From the human T2T-CHM13v2.0 reference genome, Homo sapiens: a DNA stretch of 64,000 bases. Shown piece after piece: positions 59,766 to 64,000 of this stretch. Position numbers and translations under genes: made by a program. The notes under the pieces are model-generated. The model ran no database searches. It had not been told where the DNA came from and worked only from the letters and a program-made list of their open reading frames with translations. Position 1 is the first letter of the stretch; each line of letters opens with the position of its first letter. The stretch is from the NCBI RefSeq assembly GCF_009914755.1, contig NC_060935.1. One strand, given 5' to 3'.

Positions 59766-60928
59766 TTTTTAATTTTAATGTTTTTTATTTTTAATTTTTA
59801 AAATGTTTGTGGGGTACATAGTATATATTTTAGGGGGTTCATGAGATGTTTTGATACAGGCATGCAATGTGAAATAAGCACATCATGGAGAATGGGGTAT
59901 TCATCTGCTCACGCATTTATCTTTTGAGTTACAAACAATCCAATTACATTCTTTAAGTTATTTTAAAATGTACAATTAAGTTATTATTGACTATAGTCAC
60001 CTTATTTTGCTATCTAACAAACAGTAGGCATTATTTCTATTTTTTTAACCCATTGGCCATTCCCACCTCCCACTAAACCCCCAATACCCTTTCCAGTCTC
60101 TGGTAACCATCTTTCTACTCTCTATGTCCATGAATTCAATTGTTTTGATTTTTAGGTCCCACAAAAACGTGAGAATTGCATTGTTTGTCCTTCTGTGCCT
60201 TGCTTATTTCACTTAATGATTTCCAGTTCTGTCCATGTTGTTGTGAATGACTGGATATCATTCTCTTTTGTGGCTTAATAGTACTCCATTGTTTATATAT
60301 ACCACATTTTCTTTCTCCATTCATTGTTGATGAACAACCTTAAGGTTTGGAAGGTTGCTTCCAAACCTTAGCTGTTGTAATCAGTGCTGCAGCATAAAAG
60401 TACAGATATCTCTTCAATATACTGATTTCCTTTCCTTTGGGTATATGCCCAGCAGTGGGACTGCTGGATCATATGGTAGCTCAATTTTTTGAGGAACCTC
60501 CAAATGGTTCCTCAAACTGTTCCTCATTGTGTTCTCCATAGTGGTTGTAATAATTTACTTTCCCACCAACAGAGTACAAGGGTTCCCTTTCTCCATACCC
60601 TCGCCAGCATTTGCTATTGCCTGTCTTTTGGATATAAGCCATTTAAATTGGGGTGAGACGATATCATTGTAATTTTAATTTGAATTTCTCTGATGATCAG
60701 TATTGGGAGCACCTCTTCATATGCCTCTTTGCCATTTGTATGTCTTCTATTGAGAAATATCTATTCAAATCTTTTGCCAATTTTTTGATTAGATTATTAG
60801 ATTTATTCCTATAGAGTTGTTTGAACTCATATATTCTGGTTATTAATCCATCATCAGATGGGTAATTTGCATTCTGTGGGTTGTCTCTTCACTTTGTTGT
60901 TGTATCCTTTACTATGTAGAACCTTTTT
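59766..60928 (-). mobile_element. L1MA1/2-type 3' fragment
   Basis: catgagatgttttgatacaggcatgcaatgtgaaataagcacatcatggagaatgggg. Confidence 0.85.
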
Positions 60929-60929
60929 A

Positions 60930-61260
60930 TTTTATTTTAATTTTTTATTAGACTTTATTTTTGAAAGCAGTTTCAGGTTCACAGCAGAATTGAGCGGTAT
61001 GTACAGTCACCATTTACCCCTCACCATGACCCCCCTCTACAACCTCCCCCACAATCAACATCACCCGCTGGAATGTCACATTTGTTACATTTGATGGGCC
61101 TATAGACACATCACTATCACCCAACGTCCATAGTTCAGAGTTCACTTTTGGCGTTGTACATTCTTTGGGTTTGGTATGCCATGTATCCACTACACGGAAG
61201 ACTTTACTGCCCTAAAAATTCTTTGTACTCTGCCTATTCATCCCTCTCTCTACCCTCATA
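60930..61260 (-). mobile_element. L1MC1/2-type 3' end
   Basis: gactttattttt.gaaagcagtttcaggttcacagcagaattgagc..catttgttaca. Confidence 0.7.
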
Positions 61261-62956
61261 TCAACTTTTAAATATCATTTCATGGAGTGTTAATTTCTAT
61301 TTTTTTTTAATTATACTTTAAGTTCAAGGGTACATGTGCACAACGTGCAGGTTTGTTACATAGGTATACATGTGCCATGTTGGTTTGCTGCACGCATCAA
61401 CTTGTCATTTACATTAGGTATTTCTCCTAATGCTATCCCTCCCCCTGCCCCCCATCCCATGACAGGTCCCAGTGTGTGATGTTCCCCGCCCTTTGTCCAA
61501 GTGTTCTTATTGTTCAATTTCCACCTATGAGTGTGAACATGTGGTATTTGGTTTTCTATCCTTGTGATAGTTTGCTGAGAATGATGGTTTCCTGTTTCAT
61601 CCATGTCGCTGCAAAAGACATAAACTCATCCTTTTTTATGGCTGCATAGTATTCCATGGTGCATATGTGCCACATTTTCTTAATCCAGTTTATCATTGAT
61701 GGACATTTGGGTTGGTTCCAAGTCTTTGCAATTGTGAATAGCACCACAAGAAACATATGTGTGCATGTGTCTTCATAGTAACATGATTTATAATCCTTAG
61801 GGTATATACCCAGTAATGGGATCACTGGGTCAAATGGTATTTCTACTTCTAGATCCTTGAGGAATCACCACATTGCCTTCCACAATGGTTGAACTAATTT
61901 ACACTCCTGCAAACAGGGTAAAAGTGTTCCTATTTCTGCACATCTTCTCTAGTATCTGTTGTTTCCTGGCTTTTTAATGATCGCCATTCTAACTGGTGTG
62001 AGGTGGTATCTCATTGTGGTTGGTTTTGATTTGCATTTCTCTGATGACCAGTGATGATGAGCATTTATTCATGTGTCTATTGGCCACATAAATGTCTTAC
62101 TTTGAGAAGTGTCTGTTCATATCCTTGGCCCACTTTTTGATGGAGTTTTTTTTCTGGTAAATTTGTTCAAGTTCTTTGTAGTTTCTGGATATTAGCCCTT
62201 TGTCAGATGGGTAGATTGCAAAAATTTTCTCCCATTCTGTAGGTTGTCTGTTCACTCTGATGGTAGTTTCTTTTGATGTACAGAAGCTCTTTAGTTTAAT
62301 TAGATCCCATTTGTCAACTTTGGCTTTTGTTGCCATTGCTTTTGGTGTTTTAGTCATAAAGTCCTTGCCCATGCTTATGTCCTGAATGGTATTGCCTAGG
62401 TTGTCCTCTAGGGTTTTTATGGTTTTAGGTCTAACATTTAAGTCTTTAATCCATCTTGAATTAATTTTTGTATAAGGTGTAAGGAAGGGATCCAGTTTCA
62501 GCTTTCTACATATGGCTAGCCAGTTTTCCCAGGGCCATTTATTAAATAGGGAATCCTTTCTCCATTTCTTGTCATGTTTGTCAAAGATCAGATGGTTGTA
62601 GATGTGTGTTGTTATTTCTGAGCCTCTGTTCTGTTCCATTGGTCTATATCTCTGTTTTGGTACCAGTACCATGCTGTTTTGGTTACTGTAGCCTTGTAGT
62701 GTAGTTTGCAGTCAGGTACTGTGATGCCTCCAGCTTTATTCTTTTTGCTTAGGATTCTAATTTGATTGCATTGTGGTCTGAGACAATTTGTTGTGATTTC
62801 TGTTCTTTTACATTTGCTGAGGAGTCCTTTACTTCCAACTATGTGGTCAATTTTAGAATAAGTGTGATGTGGTGCTGAAAACAATGTATATTCTGTTGAT
62901 TTGGGGTGGAGAGTTCTGTAGATGTCTATTAGGTCCGCTTGGTGCAGAGCTGAGTT

Positions 62957-63463
62957 CTAGTCCTGGATATCCTTGTTAACCTTCTGTCTCATTGATTTGT
63001 CAAATATTGAGAGTGGGGTATTAAAGTCTCCCACTATTATTGTGTGGGAGTCTAAGTCTCCTTGTAGCTCTCTCAGGACTTGCTTTATGAATCTGGGTGC
63101 TCCTGTATTGGGTGCATATATATTTAGGATAGTTAGCTCTTCTTGTTGAATTGATCCCTTTACCATTATGTAATGACTTTCTTTGTCTCTTTTGATCTTT
63201 CTTTGTTGTTTTAAAGTCTGTTTTACAGAGACTAGGATTGCAACCCCTGCTTTTTTTTGCTTTGCATTTGCTTGGTAGTTCTTGCAACATCCCTTTATTT
63301 TGAGCCTATGTGTATCTCTGCACTTGAGATGGGTCTTCTGTATACAGCACACTGATGGGTCTTGACTCTTTATCCAATTTGCCAGTCTGTGTCTTTTAAT
63401 TGGGGCATTTGGCCCATTTACATTTAAGTTTAATATTGTTATGTGTGAATTTGATCCTGTCAT
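62957..63463 (-). pseudogene. L1 ORF2p endonuclease remnant with premature stop
   Basis: MTGSNSHITILNLNVNG..NIYAPNTGAP..IIVGDFNTPLS; conserved QETH reads QKTH. Confidence 0.93.
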
Positions 63464-63526
63464 TATGATGTTAGCTGGTTATTTTGCCTGTTAATTGATG
63501 CAGTTTCTTCATAGCATCAATGGTCT

Positions 63527-63865
63527 TTACAATTTGGCATGTTTTTGCAGTGGCTGGTACCAGTTATTCCTTTCCATGTTTAGTGCTTCCTTCAGGAGCT
63601 CTTGTAAGGCAGGCCTGGTGGTGACAAAATCTCTCAGCATTTGCTTGTCTGTAAATGATTTTATTTCTCCTTCACTTATGAAACTTAGTTTGGCTGGATA
63701 TGAAATTCTGGGTTGAAAATTCTTTTCTTTAAAAATGAATATTGGCCCCCACTTTCTTCTGGCTTGTAAAGTTTCTGCCAAGAGATGAGCTGTTAGTCTG
63801 ATGGGCTTTCCTTTGTGGGTAACCCGACCTTTCTCTCTGGCTGTCCTTAACACTTTTTCCTTCAT
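63527..63865 (-). pseudogene. L1 ORF1p C-terminal remnant
   Basis: KEKVLRTAREKGRVTHKGKPIRLTA..ISYPAKLSF..RPALQELLKEAL..YQPLQKHAKL. Confidence 0.93.
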
Positions 63866-64000
63866 TTCAACCTTGGTGAATCTGAAAATTATGTGTCTTG
63901 GAGTTCCTCTTCTCGAGGAGTATCTTTGTGGTGTTCTCTTTATTTCCTGAATCTGAATGTTGGCCTGCCTTGCTAGGTTGGGGAAGTTCTCCTGGATAAT

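Larger units (their letters stand above)
61298..64000 (-). mobile_element. L1PA (about PA6/7) running off the window, internally deleted
   Basis: ORF1 C-terminal half, inter-ORF spacer, ORF2 EN, deletion at ~62755, ORF2 C-terminus and 3'UTR. Confidence 0.95.

Overview
AT-rich primate (human or great-ape) genomic DNA, intergenic or deep intronic. I found no CpG island, no recognisable protein-coding exon and no RNA gene, and I cannot name the locus. The longer ORFs are mostly remnants of L1, Alu or LTR elements; the rest show no recognisable protein signature. Much of the window is transposon-derived: about 18 Alus, four L1PA copies (one keeps ORF1 and the ORF2 endonuclease but has lost the RT), a same-strand L1 stack at 55.5-64 kb, solo LTRs (MER61, MER11, MSTA, MSTB, MLT1, MER67-like), a near-complete MLT1A provirus carrying a second antisense MLT1A, MER47A, and MIR/L2 fragments. 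The most notable observations are: (i) the self-nested antisense MLT1A; (ii) several perfect hairpins that look created by template switching; (iii) a near-perfect 23-bp stem-loop at 38.3 kb; (iv) a chain of minus-strand splice signals ending in a poly(A) signal (candidate lncRNA, possibly with a micropeptide); (v) an L1 5' junction resembling aborted twin priming. Repeat subfamilies are called from remembered consensus features and need RepeatMasker/Dfam confirmation. I see no firm evidence of a new biological system.
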